From: Dehalococcoidia bacterium
Lineage (GTDB): Bacteria; Chloroflexota; Dehalococcoidia; Bin125
Assembly: GCA_963662615.2 (NCBI GenBank)
Contig: CAXXSR010000001.1
Span: 1,184,001-1,248,000 of the forward strand
Reading direction: 5' to 3'
DNA length: 64,000 bases
A model generated the notes under the pieces. That model was not told the DNA's origin and searched no databases. It saw only the letters and a list, made by a program, of their open reading frames with translations. The stretch's first letter is position 1; each line of letters starts with the position of its first letter. A program made the translations under genes and the position numbers. Shown piece after piece: positions 30,432 through 40,573 of the stretch.

Positions 30432-30447
30432 CCTCTATCCTCGGTCA

Positions 30448-31416
30448 ATGAGCCCGCCACGCGTGGCGTTCTTCGGATCGCCTGAGTTCGCCATCCCGAC
30501 GCTCAGGGCGCTGATTGCGAGCCCATTCCGGCCGGTGGTGGTCGTGACGCAGCCCGACCGCCCAGCGGGCCGAGGGAGGTCCCTCCGGCCTCCGCCCGCG
30601 AAGGAGCTGGCGACGGGCGCGGGCATTCCCTTGCTGCAGCCGGCCCGCCTGCGCGACGCGAGCGCCACGGCGGCGCTGGCGTCCTATGAGCCCGAGCTCC
30701 AAGTGATCGCAGCTTACGGCCAGATCCTGCGCCCGGAGGTGCTCGCCCTGCCCGCTTGGGGCACCTTCAACGTGCACGCCTCCCTGCTGCCGCGCTGGCG
30801 CGGAGCAGCCCCCATCGCGGCGGCCATTCGCGCCGGCGATCGCGAGACCGGCATTACCATCATGCTCGCCGAACAGGGCGAGGACACCGGCGAGATTCTC
30901 GCGGCCCGCCCCGAGCCGATCGACGACAGCGATGATGCCGGCGCCTTGAGCGAGCGGCTGGCCGACCTGGGCGCGGCCCTCCTGCTCGAGACGATCCCGC
31001 GGTGGCTGGACGGTGAGATCATCGCGCATTCTCAGGACGAGAGGTTGGCGACGCGCGCGCGCCGGATCACCAAGGTGGACGGCGCGATCGACTGGACTCG
31101 ACCAGCGGTGGAGATCTGGCGGCAGGTGCGCGCCTTCACGCCCTGGCCCGGCGCCACGACATCCTTACGGGGAACGCCGCTCCACGTCCGACGCGCATCT
31201 CCCGCGAGCGCCGCCCGCGACAGTGAGGACGTCCCCGGGACCATCCTCGCCGTCGACGACGCCATCGCCGTGCAAACGGGTGGCGGCGTTCTGCACATCG
31301 AGCGGGTCCAGCTGGCGGGCAAACGAGCGATGTCCGCTCGCGAGTTCGCCCGCGGGCGGCGAGAACTCCTTGGTGTCCGGCTGGGGGCGCCTGCCGCCGA
31401 GCCCGCCGGAGACTGA
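30448..31416 (+). CDS. fmt: Methionyl-tRNA formyltransferase
   Basis: FFGSPEFA, VTQPDRPAGRG, AAYGQIL, NVHASLLPRWRGAAPI. Confidence 0.96.
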   Translation: MSPPRVAFFGSPEFAIPTLRALIASPFRPVVVVTQPDRPAGRGRSLRPPPAKELATGAGIPLLQPARLRDASATAALASYEPELQVIAAYGQILRPEVLALPAWGTFNVHASLLPRWRGAAPIAAAIRAGDRETGITIMLAEQGEDTGEILAARPEPIDDSDDAGALSERLADLGAALLLETIPRWLDGEIIAHSQDERLATRARRITKVDGAIDWTRPAVEIWRQVRAFTPWPGATTSLRGTPLHVRRASPASAARDSEDVPGTILAVDDAIAVQTGGGVLHIERVQLAGKRAMSAREFARGRRELLGVRLGAPAAEPAGD

Positions 31417-31466
31417 TTCGCCGGCGACCCCCTGGAGGCGGCTCATCCTCGGTGCGCCGGAAGCGC

Positions 31467-32198
31467 TCAACTCCGCGGAGGCGGGCGTCCACCGCGAGGC
31501 GCGCGGGCGCCGGGTGACTCCGCAGTCTCGGCGTCTGGCGTGGCGCCCTCGGCGGGCTCGCCTTCTTCATCGGCCGGCGCTTCCGCTTCGGCCGCCGCCG
31601 CCTCCCTGGCGGCTTCTTCGGCCTCGTCCTCCGCTGACAACCGTGGTGCGAGGAGCGTGACGATCTGCACGGTCGGATCCGTCAGCACGCGGACGCCGGC
31701 CGGCAGCTCCAGATCGCTGATGTGGATGCTTTGGTGGAAATGCTCGATGCCGGAGATGTCCACCGTCAATTCGGACGGCATGTCGGACGGCAGCGCCTCC
31801 AGCGACACTTGGTCCAGGATCTGGACGAGCACCCCGCCCTGCGCCACCGCCTCGGACTGGCCCACGATCACCAACGTGGCGGCAGCCTGGATCGGTCGGT
31901 TCACGTCAATCTGAAAGAAGTCAACGTGCTGTAGCTCACGGCTGACGGGATGACGCTGAATCCCGCGGAGGACGACCGATCGCTTCTCGGACTCCCCGGC
32001 GATCTCGACGTCAATAATGGTGTTGCGGGCGACCGAACGGAAGAGCGAAATCAGTTCGGTATGTGGCGCCTGCACCGACACGGACGCAAGTCCTCGCCCG
32101 AAGACGTTGGCAGGCACGATCCCCTGCCGACGAAGGGCCCGGACTTTCTTCCCCGTCACCTGGCGCGGTTCCAATGCGAGGATAGGATTGTCAACCAT
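31467..32198 (-). CDS. rplY: 50S ribosomal protein L25 (CTC type)
   Basis: GKKVRALRRQGIVPANVFG, QRHPV...HVDF, acidic low-complexity tail. Confidence 0.95.
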   Translation of the reverse strand: MVDNPILALEPRQVTGKKVRALRRQGIVPANVFGRGLASVSVQAPHTELISLFRSVARNTIIDVEIAGESEKRSVVLRGIQRHPVSRELQHVDFFQIDVNRPIQAAATLVIVGQSEAVAQGGVLVQILDQVSLEALPSDMPSELTVDISGIEHFHQSIHISDLELPAGVRVLTDPTVQIVTLLAPRLSAEDEAEEAAREAAAAEAEAPADEEGEPAEGATPDAETAESPGARAPRGGRPPPRS

Positions 32199-32381
32199 GG
32201 TCATCCCCAGCTTGGGATTCGATTGCCGCTCCCGCGCGGGGGCGGTCGCGAACTCGACGCGGCGCGGGCTGCCATTGACGCTATTCCGCCGGCGCCCGGA
32301 GATCAAGCGAAGGCGTTGTCCACTGGGGTGCCCCCTCCACTATGATGCCGACGGGAGGACGCGACGAATGGGATGGGGCGG

Positions 32382-33266
32382 ATGAGCAGTGCTTTGCCAG
32401 CCAACGCATCTCCGGCCGGGGCTGAAGTAGCGCCCCCGCCGCCGCCGTCCAGCGCCCTGCAGGAGCGGCTGGCGCGGCTGCGTACGGTCATCCGCGGCTA
32501 CGACGCCGTGGTCGTCGCCTTCAGCGGCGGCGTCGATAGCACCTTGGTCGCCGCGGTCGCTAGTGAGTCGTTGGGCGAGCGAGCACTGGCCGTGACTGGG
32601 CGCTCGCCGTCGCTGCCGCAGAGCGAGGATGAGCAGGCGCGGCAAATCGCGGCGGAGATCGGGATCCGGCACGAGATCATCGAGACTCGCGAGCAGGAGC
32701 GCCCGGAATACATCGCCAACGCCGGCGACCGCTGTTACCACTGCAAGGAAGAGCTCTATACCCAGCTCGCCCCCGTTGCCCGCAGGATGGGGGCGGTGAT
32801 TGCGAACGGTACGAACAGCGACGACCTCGGCGACTACCGGCCGGGGCTCCGTGCGGCCCGGGAGCATGGCGTACGCAGCCCGCTTGTGGAGGTGGGGTGC
32901 GGCAAGGCGGATGTCCGAGCGCTGAGCCGCCTGCTCCGCCTTCCCACCTGGGACAAGCCAGCAATGGCGTGCCTCGCCAGCCGGATTCCGGTGGGAACCC
33001 CCGTAACGGTGGCGCTGCTGGGCCAGGTGGAAGCCGCGGAGGCGTCCCTGCGCTCGCTGGGCCTGCGAGAGCTGCGTGTCCGACATCACGGCGATATCGC
33101 CCGCATTGAGACGGACGCGGCCGGCATGGCGATCGTCCAGGAACAGCGCGAACGGATCGTGAGACGGCTCACGACGCTGGGCTACCGTTTCGTCACGCTG
33201 GACTTGGCTGGTTTCCGCTCCGGCTCCCTGAATCCGGCGGCGTCCGAGCGGCGGCCCCCGGGGTGA
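32382..33266 (+). CDS. larE: ATP-dependent sacrificial sulfur transferase LarE
   Basis: AFSGGVDS PP-loop, RCYHCK, DDLGDYRPG, WDKPAMACLASRIP, RVRHHG, FRSGSLN. Confidence 0.93.
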   Translation: MSSALPANASPAGAEVAPPPPPSSALQERLARLRTVIRGYDAVVVAFSGGVDSTLVAAVASESLGERALAVTGRSPSLPQSEDEQARQIAAEIGIRHEIIETREQERPEYIANAGDRCYHCKEELYTQLAPVARRMGAVIANGTNSDDLGDYRPGLRAAREHGVRSPLVEVGCGKADVRALSRLLRLPTWDKPAMACLASRIPVGTPVTVALLGQVEAAEASLRSLGLRELRVRHHGDIARIETDAAGMAIVQEQRERIVRRLTTLGYRFVTLDLAGFRSGSLNPAASERRPPG

Positions 33267-33496
33267 GCCGCTTCGCCGCGATCAGCGCCGAGTTCGCCGG
33301 CGCCGCGGGCCGGCCCGGCGAGGACAGTCGCGGTCTCCCCCGCGGGAAGGCGTTCCTGGGAAACTCACGCGACGAATGGACCGCCGTCACTGTCTTCGAC
33401 TTGGACGCCACCGCCGCCATGATTCATCTCCTAGCCGACCATACAATTCACCTTGGCGGCGGCAACCTGCCGACGCCACTGGGCACCGCCCCCTAG
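33263..33496 (+). CDS. Possible small hypothetical protein
   Basis: GTGA overlap with the larE stop; fills the gap before the hydantoinase gene. No motif. Confidence 0.35.
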   Translation: MSRFAAISAEFAGAAGRPGEDSRGLPRGKAFLGNSRDEWTAVTVFDLDATAAMIHLLADHTIHLGGGNLPTPLGTAP

Positions 33497-33511
33497 CGGG
33501 CGAACCGGAGC

Positions 33512-35527
33512 ATGGCGGCGCGACGCAGCCCCGGCAAGCGACGCCTGCTCGGCGTTGACGTGGGTGGGACTTTTACCGATTTCCTCTACTGGGACGGCGA
33601 ACGCCTTGAAGTCGCCAAGCGCCCGTCGACGCCACAGGATCCGTCCCGCGCCGTCCTCGACGGCCTCGCCGCTCTGGGCTGGGCGCCGGAGGAAGTCGTC
33701 CACGGCTCCACCGTCGCGACCAACACGCTGCTCACACGGAACGGCGCCAAAACGGCGCTCATTACCACAAAGGGCTTTCGCGACACTCTCGTAATCGGAC
33801 GGCAGGCGCGCCCCCACCTCTACGCCCTGCACCCGACGCGTCCCGATCCCCTCATCCCCGACGCGATGCGCTTCGAAGTGGACGAGCGCATCAGCGCCGA
33901 CGGCCGGATCCTGACGCCCTTAGACGAAGCGGCAGTCCAGGTCCTTCTGGACCGCATCGAGAGGCGCGGTGCGGAGGCGGTGGCCGTCTGCACGCTCTTC
34001 TCCTTCCTCAACCCCGAGCACGAGCACCGCATTGCCGGGGCGGCAGAGGCGCGCGGCTTGGTGACGTCCGTGTCGCACGTGGTCCTGCCGGAACATCGCG
34101 AGTACGAGCGCATGAGCACGACGGTCGCTAACGCCTACGTCGCCCCCGCGATGAGCCGCTACCTGACCCGACTGGAAAAGGGCCTCAACGCCGCCCGGCC
34201 GGTGCGCTTGCGCGTCATGGAATCGAACGGCGGCAGTGTCAGCGCCGAGCGGGCGCGCACGGAGGCCGTGCGAACCGTGCTCTCCGGTCCGGCGGGCGGC
34301 GTCATGGGCGCCTTCGCCGCCGCCGTGCAGAGCGGACGCGCCAACGTCCTCACCTTCGACATGGGCGGCACTTCGGCCGACGTCAGCCTGTGCCCCGGAC
34401 GTCTGCTCGAAGGCGGTGAACACAGCGTGGGCGGCATCCCCATCAAGACGCATGCCCTCGAAGTGCACTCCGTGGGTGCGGGGGGCGGTTCGATCGCCTG
34501 GTTCGACGGCGGCGGCGCCCTGCGGGTGGGGCCGCAAAGCGCCGGCGCCGATCCGGGTCCCGCCGCTTACGGCCGCGGCGCGCAGCCCACCGTCACCGAC
34601 GCGCACATCGTGCTGGGCCGACTGCGGCCCCAGCACTTCCTGGGTGGAGCCATGCCCCTGCACGTCGATCGAGCAGAGCGCGCCGTCGCCACGCTGGCCG
34701 GTCCCTTCGACAGCGACGTGGTTCGCACCGCTCAGGCGATCATCGCCGTCGTGAACGCGAACATGGTGCGGGCGCTCCGAGTCATTTCAGTAGAGCGAGG
34801 ACACGACCCCGCGGAGTTCGCCCTGCTGGCCTTCGGTGGGGCGGGCCCGCTCCACGCCTGCGACCTGGCCCAGCAGTTGGGCATCCCCACGGTGCTTATC
34901 CCACCCACACCCGGCGTCCTCTCAGCCGCGGGCATGCTCCAGGCCGACGTGACCAAGGATGAAGTACAGGGCATGCTCCTGGCCGTCAGCGCTGAAGCGA
35001 AAGGGGCGCTGCCGACGCTGGCGGCCTGCTTCGCGGAGCTGTCGCGCCGCGCCCGCTCCGCCCTGGCCGCCGATGGCTACACGCGCGGCGTGTCCTTGGA
35101 GCGCGCGGCCGATCTGCGCTACAAGGGCCAGTCGCATGAGCTGACGGTTCCGCTGCACCGAGCCCTGACAGCCGCGGCGATTCGTGGAGCGTTGGCACAG
35201 GCGCATCAGCAGCGCTTCGGCCACGTTGACCCATCCCGCACCGTGGAAGTCGTTGTCGCGCGCGTGAAGGCGCGCGCGCCCGGCTTCCGCGTTGGTTCGA
35301 CCGCGGGGCTCTCACGCGACAACCCCTCCTCCGGCGGCGCAACCCAGGCCGCCGTAGTGTGGGAACGCCCCCGTCGCACCCAGATCCGGAAGCGCGCGGG
35401 CCTGGGCCGCGGCGGGATCGCAGGGCCGGCGGTGCTGACACAACTGGACACGACGACGCTGGTGCCGCCCGGCTGGCGCGCCCGTCCGGACGCGCAGGGA
35501 CTGCTCATCCTGCGGAGGACAGCATGA
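33512..35527 (+). CDS. Hydantoinase/5-oxoprolinase subunit A (ATP-binding)
   Basis: GVDVGGTFTD, HGSTVATN, REYER, SGPAGG, DMGGTS, GAGGGS, GPQSAGADPGP, FGGAGPLH. Confidence 0.95.
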   Translation: MAARRSPGKRRLLGVDVGGTFTDFLYWDGERLEVAKRPSTPQDPSRAVLDGLAALGWAPEEVVHGSTVATNTLLTRNGAKTALITTKGFRDTLVIGRQARPHLYALHPTRPDPLIPDAMRFEVDERISADGRILTPLDEAAVQVLLDRIERRGAEAVAVCTLFSFLNPEHEHRIAGAAEARGLVTSVSHVVLPEHREYERMSTTVANAYVAPAMSRYLTRLEKGLNAARPVRLRVMESNGGSVSAERARTEAVRTVLSGPAGGVMGAFAAAVQSGRANVLTFDMGGTSADVSLCPGRLLEGGEHSVGGIPIKTHALEVHSVGAGGGSIAWFDGGGALRVGPQSAGADPGPAAYGRGAQPTVTDAHIVLGRLRPQHFLGGAMPLHVDRAERAVATLAGPFDSDVVRTAQAIIAVVNANMVRALRVISVERGHDPAEFALLAFGGAGPLHACDLAQQLGIPTVLIPPTPGVLSAAGMLQADVTKDEVQGMLLAVSAEAKGALPTLAACFAELSRRARSALAADGYTRGVSLERAADLRYKGQSHELTVPLHRALTAAAIRGALAQAHQQRFGHVDPSRTVEVVVARVKARAPGFRVGSTAGLSRDNPSSGGATQAAVVWERPRRTQIRKRAGLGRGGIAGPAVLTQLDTTTLVPPGWRARPDAQGLLILRRTA

Positions 35528-35970
35528 GGGCCGTGGTCGCCATCCGCGGCGCGAATCAGACTGAGGCGGTCGCCCGCACCCTTGCACAGCAGCTCGAGGG
35601 TCCGAGCATCCTGATTCCCTATGACACCCTTCTCAACGACTGGATCATTGCGCCGGGAGACTCGGAGGCGGTGCGAACGGTGACGGCTCAGCAGGTGAAG
35701 CTTCTCACGGCGGGCTACGTGCGAGCCGGCTATCACGTGATCATTCACGGCAGCTTCACACGCGACGGACTTCGCGATGATGTCGCCGGGGACGTGATCT
35801 TGCGGCTCCTGAGGACCGTGCCCGACGTCCGCACGGTCAGTGCAGCCTTGCGAGGCGACGCCGGCACGGGCACGCTCGCGGCGCCCCCGTCCAGCGACGT
35901 CAGCTGCGACTTGGATGCGATCAGCGTGGATCAGGCCGCCACCATCATTCGAGAGGCGCTCCATGGCTAG
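35524..35970 (+). CDS. Small nucleotide-kinase-like (AAA_33/CPT-like) protein with a degenerate P-loop
   Basis: ATGA coupling to the upstream gene; VVAIRG...VARTLAQQL...IPYDTL...AGYHVIIHG...ISVDQAATIIREAL kinase-like topology. Confidence 0.65.
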   Translation: MRAVVAIRGANQTEAVARTLAQQLEGPSILIPYDTLLNDWIIAPGDSEAVRTVTAQQVKLLTAGYVRAGYHVIIHGSFTRDGLRDDVAGDVILRLLRTVPDVRTVSAALRGDAGTGTLAAPPSSDVSCDLDAISVDQAATIIREALHG

Positions 35971-37555
35971 ACGGCCGCGCTCCGCCGGCGCCCACGATCC
36001 AGCGCGGCTGGCGATCTTGGACTCGCTGGTCGCGTCCGTCGCCGAGGAGATGGGCGCAACACTGCGCCACACGGCGCTCTCGCCCAACATCAAGGAGCGG
36101 CGCGACTACAGCTGCGCCATCTTCGACGCACAGGGCCAGTTGCTCGCGCAGGCGGCGCACATCCCGGTCCATCTCGGGGCGATGCCCGAATCGGTCGGGG
36201 CGGTCGCCGGCCTGGCCCCGTGGGCGCCCGGCGACATCGCCATTCTCAATGACCCCTTCCTAGGCGGGACGCACCTGCCCGATGTCACCATGGTCTCCCC
36301 GGTCTTCGCGGCGTCGAAACGGGCGCGGCTCGTCGGCTTCGTCGCCAGCCGCGCGCACCAGGCCGATATTGGCGGGATGGCTCCAGGCTCCATGCCCGTC
36401 GCACAGGAGCTGGTCCAAGAAGGCCTCATCATTCCGCCGGTGCGCCTCTACCGGGCGGGCGAGCTGGTGAGTGAGACCCTGGCGCTGATCTTGCGCAATG
36501 TGCGAACGCCGGACGAGCGCCGAGGAGATTTGGACGCGCAAGTCGCGGCCCAGCGAGTGGGAGCGCGACGGCTGGCGGCGCTGCAGGCGCAGCAAGGGCA
36601 GGCCGCATTTGAAAAAGCGGCGCGGGCGCTGCTGGACTACGGCGAGCGGACGACGCGTGCCGCGATCGCGGCTCTCCCAGCCGGCACGTACGTATTCGAG
36701 GACGTGCTCGACGATGACGGCGTGTCAAGCGAGCCCGTCCCCATCCGCCTCAGTCTGCGCATTAGAGCGGACGCCTGGCATTTGGACTTTCGCGGCTCCG
36801 CGCCCCAGCGGGCGGCATCCATCAATGCCGTCGCCGCGGTGACGCGGTCGGCGGCGTATTACGTGCTGCGCTGCCTCCTCCCGCCCGACGCTCCCACCAA
36901 CGCCGGACTCTTCCGCCCTCTCAGCTTCAACCTGCCGGAGGCCAGCGTGGTGAACGCCCGTCCGCCGGTCGCCGTGGCGGCCGGGAACGTGGAGACAAGC
37001 CAACGCATCGTTGACGTGATCTGGGGCGCCCTTGGTCAGGCGATACCCCATCGCATGCCTGCAGCCTCCAGCGGGACCATGAACAACCTCACCGCCGGCG
37101 GGAGCGACCCAGAGACGGGCGAGCCCTGGGCCTACTACGAGACCAGCGGCGGGGGGCTAGGCGGCGGGCCCGACGGCGCCGGCTTGGACGCTACGCACAG
37201 CCATATGACGAACACGCTGAACACGCCCGCGGAGGCGCTGGAACTCGCCTATCCTCTGCGGGTGCTCGAGAACAGCGTGCGGAGAGGCAGCGCAGGCCGG
37301 GGCCGGCACGCGGGCGGCAACGGCCTGGTCCGTCGGACCCAATTTCTCGGCCCCGCCACCGTGACGATCATCAGCGACCGGCGCCGGCGCGCGCCCTGGG
37401 GCGCCAACGGCGGACGAGACGGCAAACCGGGGCGCAACCAGCTAGAGCGCGGGGGGCGGCGCAGCCCTCTTCCCGCCAAGGGGGTGTTCGGAGTGGTGGC
37501 GGGGGACATTGTGCGCTTGGATACCCCCGGAGGCGGCGGCTGGGGCGCCCCCTGA
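35963..37555 (+). CDS. Hydantoinase/5-oxoprolinase subunit B
   Basis: SPNIKERRDYSCA, HIPVHLG, NDPFLGGTHLPD, HQADIGG, GNVETSQR, HMTNTLNTP, TPGGGGWG. Confidence 0.95.
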   Translation: MARRPRSAGAHDPARLAILDSLVASVAEEMGATLRHTALSPNIKERRDYSCAIFDAQGQLLAQAAHIPVHLGAMPESVGAVAGLAPWAPGDIAILNDPFLGGTHLPDVTMVSPVFAASKRARLVGFVASRAHQADIGGMAPGSMPVAQELVQEGLIIPPVRLYRAGELVSETLALILRNVRTPDERRGDLDAQVAAQRVGARRLAALQAQQGQAAFEKAARALLDYGERTTRAAIAALPAGTYVFEDVLDDDGVSSEPVPIRLSLRIRADAWHLDFRGSAPQRAASINAVAAVTRSAAYYVLRCLLPPDAPTNAGLFRPLSFNLPEASVVNARPPVAVAAGNVETSQRIVDVIWGALGQAIPHRMPAASSGTMNNLTAGGSDPETGEPWAYYETSGGGLGGGPDGAGLDATHSHMTNTLNTPAEALELAYPLRVLENSVRRGSAGRGRHAGGNGLVRRTQFLGPATVTIISDRRRRAPWGANGGRDGKPGRNQLERGGRRSPLPAKGVFGVVAGDIVRLDTPGGGGWGAP

Positions 37556-37611
37556 CGGACGCCGGCCTCGCGCCGCAAGGACCCGCTACACTAAAAGGAC
37601 GGGGGCCCTCC

Positions 37612-38025
37612 ATGGCAGACAAGATTGAACGGGATGTCGAGGAGGTCCTCAGCAAGATTGAGGACTTCGAGTGGCACCGTCGCCAGCGGCGCGGGCCTAG
37701 CAGGGCGCGGCGCGCCTGGAACGACTCCTGGCAGCGCCTCGCGGACCGAGCCTCGTTGAGGCTGGCGCGCTTTTCGGCCGGGCACCTCATGCTTGTGGGT
37801 TTCCTCATCCTGGTCGCCGGCCTGGTCTTCCGCATTCGAGGCCCGGGCTTGTGGTTGATGCTGGGCGGGGTAATCATCTTCTTCCTGGGGCTGGCTTGGA
37901 GCATGCGCAGTGGCGGGAGTCACCCCACCCACAGCGCGCGCGGCGGCTTTTGGCGCGACCGCTACATCACCTACGACGGCGAGCCGGGTGGACCGCGAGG
38001 GTGGTTCCGCCGCTGGCGACGCTGA
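37612..38025 (+). CDS. Hypothetical two-TM membrane protein
   Basis: MADKIERDVEEVLSKI N-terminus, two hydrophobic helices, WRDRYITY...WFRRWRR tail. Confidence 0.7.
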   Translation: MADKIERDVEEVLSKIEDFEWHRRQRRGPSRARRAWNDSWQRLADRASLRLARFSAGHLMLVGFLILVAGLVFRIRGPGLWLMLGGVIIFFLGLAWSMRSGGSHPTHSARGGFWRDRYITYDGEPGGPRGWFRRWRR

Positions 38026-38037
38026 CCGTCTCGACTG

Positions 38038-39618
38038 TTGCGCACACCCCTGCCATTCCGAGTGACGCGCGTCGGCGCCATCACTGAGTCGCCCGTCCGT
38101 ACCCGAGTAGGGGCGATCCTGACCTCACTCATCGCTGCCGGCATTATCGTGGCGGCCTGCGGTGGCGACGACGAGGGGCGCGACAAGACTGTGCTGCCGG
38201 AGGCCGCGCCGACGTCCCCCGCGGCGCCAGCATCCCCCACGGCCCCTCCGGCCCCTGCTGCCCCCGCCAACGGGGGCGACGACACTCCCGAGCCAGCGCC
38301 CGCGCCTGTCGAGCCGGCGCCCGTCGCACCAGCGCCCGAGCCGCCCCCGCCCGAAGCGCCCGCCGATGGGGACGCGCAGCCCGAGCGCGACGCCGGCGCC
38401 GCGCCGCTGCCGTACGACAACGACCACGCGCTTAACGTCCTTCGCACTCTCTCGGTGGAGATCGGGCCGCGGGTCCAGGCCACCGCAGGTGAACGCGCGG
38501 CCGCCGACTTTCTTGAGGAGGCGTTCAGCTCGTTTGGCTACCGCGTCGAGCGACAAGAGTTCTCGATCCCGACATTCAGCGTGAGCCGGCTCGTCGTGAC
38601 GGCCGACGGCGAGCCGCTCGATGCCGCCGCCTTCGCGTTTTCGGCCGGAGGAACGGCGGAAGGGCCCTTGGTCGCCGTCCCGGGGTTTGGCACTCCCGCC
38701 GATTTTGACCAAGTTGACGTGAGCGGGGCGATCGCGCTGATCGAGCGCGGCGTGCTCTTTTTCCAGGACAAGGTCAACAACGCCGAAGCGGCCGGCGCCG
38801 TTGGCGTCATCATCTTCAACAATGACGCGGGCGTAGCACAAGGTGGGCTGGGCGACGGATCGAACGTCCCCACCGTGGGGATTCGCCGCGCCGACGGGCT
38901 GGCCCTGAGCGAGGCGGCGCAAGCCGGCGAGGTCGTCGCGTCCATCGCCCTGGAAGGGGGCGCTACCATCGCGCAGTCCGAGAACGTAATCGCGCGCGCG
39001 CCAGACAGCCAGTGTCTGGTCTACGTGGGCGGACACTACGACTCGGTCCCCGGCGTGCCAGGCGCGAACGACAATGCCAGCGGTACCGCGCTGGTAGTGG
39101 AGTTGGCTCGCGCCTTCGCCGAGAGCGCGGGCGTGGAGCTGATTTGCTTCGCGGCGTTCGGCGCGGAAGAGGCAGTGAACGGGAGTAGCGGCATCGCCGG
39201 CAGCCGCGCCCTGGTTCAGGAGCTGGAGGCGAGCGGCGCCGCCGACGCGGTGATCGCCATGCTCAATCTTGACGTCGCCGGCGCCGGCAACGCCCTGGCC
39301 CTTGTGGGCACGCGCGATCTGGTGCAACTGAGCGAGATGATTGCGACCGCGCTCGGCATCGACGCCGGCGGGGGCCGTCTGCCCGCCGGCGCCGGCTCCG
39401 ACCATCTCAACTTCCAGGCGGTCGGTATTCCGGTCATCTTTCCCACTGTCGTGGGCGCACCTATTCACATTCCCAGCGACAACTTCGGAGCGATCGACTC
39501 CGACGTGCTGGAGCAGACGGGGCGGCTCGCTCATGCGACGCTGGCCTGCTTGGTAGTGCTGGCCGGCGGGGCGCTCGATCCGCCGCCCGGCTGCGACGTG
39601 GAGGCCCGCGCGCCCTAA
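38038..39618 (+). CDS. M28 aminopeptidase with PA domain, lipoprotein (start uncertain)
   Basis: Lipobox VAAC, Pro/Ala linker, PA motif IALIERG..FQDKV.NA..AGA, GGHYDSV, GANDNASG, AEE, NLD, SDH, IH. Confidence 0.9.
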   Translation: MRTPLPFRVTRVGAITESPVRTRVGAILTSLIAAGIIVAACGGDDEGRDKTVLPEAAPTSPAAPASPTAPPAPAAPANGGDDTPEPAPAPVEPAPVAPAPEPPPPEAPADGDAQPERDAGAAPLPYDNDHALNVLRTLSVEIGPRVQATAGERAAADFLEEAFSSFGYRVERQEFSIPTFSVSRLVVTADGEPLDAAAFAFSAGGTAEGPLVAVPGFGTPADFDQVDVSGAIALIERGVLFFQDKVNNAEAAGAVGVIIFNNDAGVAQGGLGDGSNVPTVGIRRADGLALSEAAQAGEVVASIALEGGATIAQSENVIARAPDSQCLVYVGGHYDSVPGVPGANDNASGTALVVELARAFAESAGVELICFAAFGAEEAVNGSSGIAGSRALVQELEASGAADAVIAMLNLDVAGAGNALALVGTRDLVQLSEMIATALGIDAGGGRLPAGAGSDHLNFQAVGIPVIFPTVVGAPIHIPSDNFGAIDSDVLEQTGRLAHATLACLVVLAGGALDPPPGCDVEARAP

Positions 39619-39699
39619 CGGCAGCCCCCTGGCCGCGCGATTTGTTGGCGTTCAGCTCCGTCGGTACACTTCGCATGGGGGGAGAGGAAGGGGGAGTCC

Positions 39700-40323
39700 G
39701 TGCGCAGGCGCATGCCCGCCGTCGTCTTGGTGGGCGCGGTAGCTCTCCTGGTTGGCTGCGGCGGCGAGAGCGATGGCGCGCCTCCCATGGCGGGCGAAGC
39801 GGCCACACCGGAGCTTGAAGAGATCCCCGTGGAGCCGCTGCCGGACACGCTGCCGGAGCCGTTCATCTTCCGCGGCGATGAGCTGCAGGTGGAAGAGACG
39901 GCGGCGGAAGAGATTATCTACGTCGTGGAGCCGGGCGACTCGCTGGCGCTCATCGCCGAGGCGTTTGGGGTGAGCACCGCCGAACTCCAGCGTCTGAACG
40001 GGATTGCCGATCCGCGATTGCTGCGCGCCGGCGACGAGCTGCGCATTCCCGTCCTCCCCGGGACGGAGGCCGAGCGCATCGCCGCGACTCTTGACGAGGC
40101 GCAAGAGGAGTTCTCCGGCCCGCCACTGGGCGAGGAATATGTTATCCAGCCCGGCGACACGCTTTCCGCCGTCGCCCAACGCTTCGGGCTGGGGTGGCCG
40201 GAACTTGCCACCTATAACCGCCTCTCCGACTTTGAGGCCAACAACCTCACGGTGGGCTCCGTCCTCATCATTCCGCCGCCGAAGGAAGACGAAGAGGAAG
40301 AGGTTCAAGAGCCGCCGGGCTGA
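39700..40323 (+). CDS. LysM-domain lipoprotein (2 LysM)
   Basis: Lipobox LVGC; YVVEPGDSLALIA...LRAGDELRIP and YVIQPGDTLSAVA...LTVGSVLIIP. Confidence 0.9.
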   Translation: MRRRMPAVVLVGAVALLVGCGGESDGAPPMAGEAATPELEEIPVEPLPDTLPEPFIFRGDELQVEETAAEEIIYVVEPGDSLALIAEAFGVSTAELQRLNGIADPRLLRAGDELRIPVLPGTEAERIAATLDEAQEEFSGPPLGEEYVIQPGDTLSAVAQRFGLGWPELATYNRLSDFEANNLTVGSVLIIPPPKEDEEEEVQEPPG

Positions 40324-40573
40324 TCGCAGGGAGAGGACGCGAGTCTTCCGCTGCCGACAACGGCGGCGCCTCCCCCAACGATCGCCGGAGTCCGGAGTCG
40401 GCTGGCCCCGGATGCGATTTTCATTGCCCGCCCATTGGCGCTGTGCTAGCCTCCTGCAGATCTTCCTCATGGCCCGCGCGTGGCCTGGGAGCGTCCCCAC
40501 TCCCAGGTGCGGACCCCGGCCGGCGGGAGGCGACCGCAGCAACGCGCGACCCTGGGAGGAGCCACCAACCCTG

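Noticed and set aside
38200-38400. Pro/Ala-rich repetitive DNA (also near 3150-3250 and 59120-59300)
   Set aside because: These are low-complexity linkers of secreted proteins and lipoproteins, not discrete repeats.
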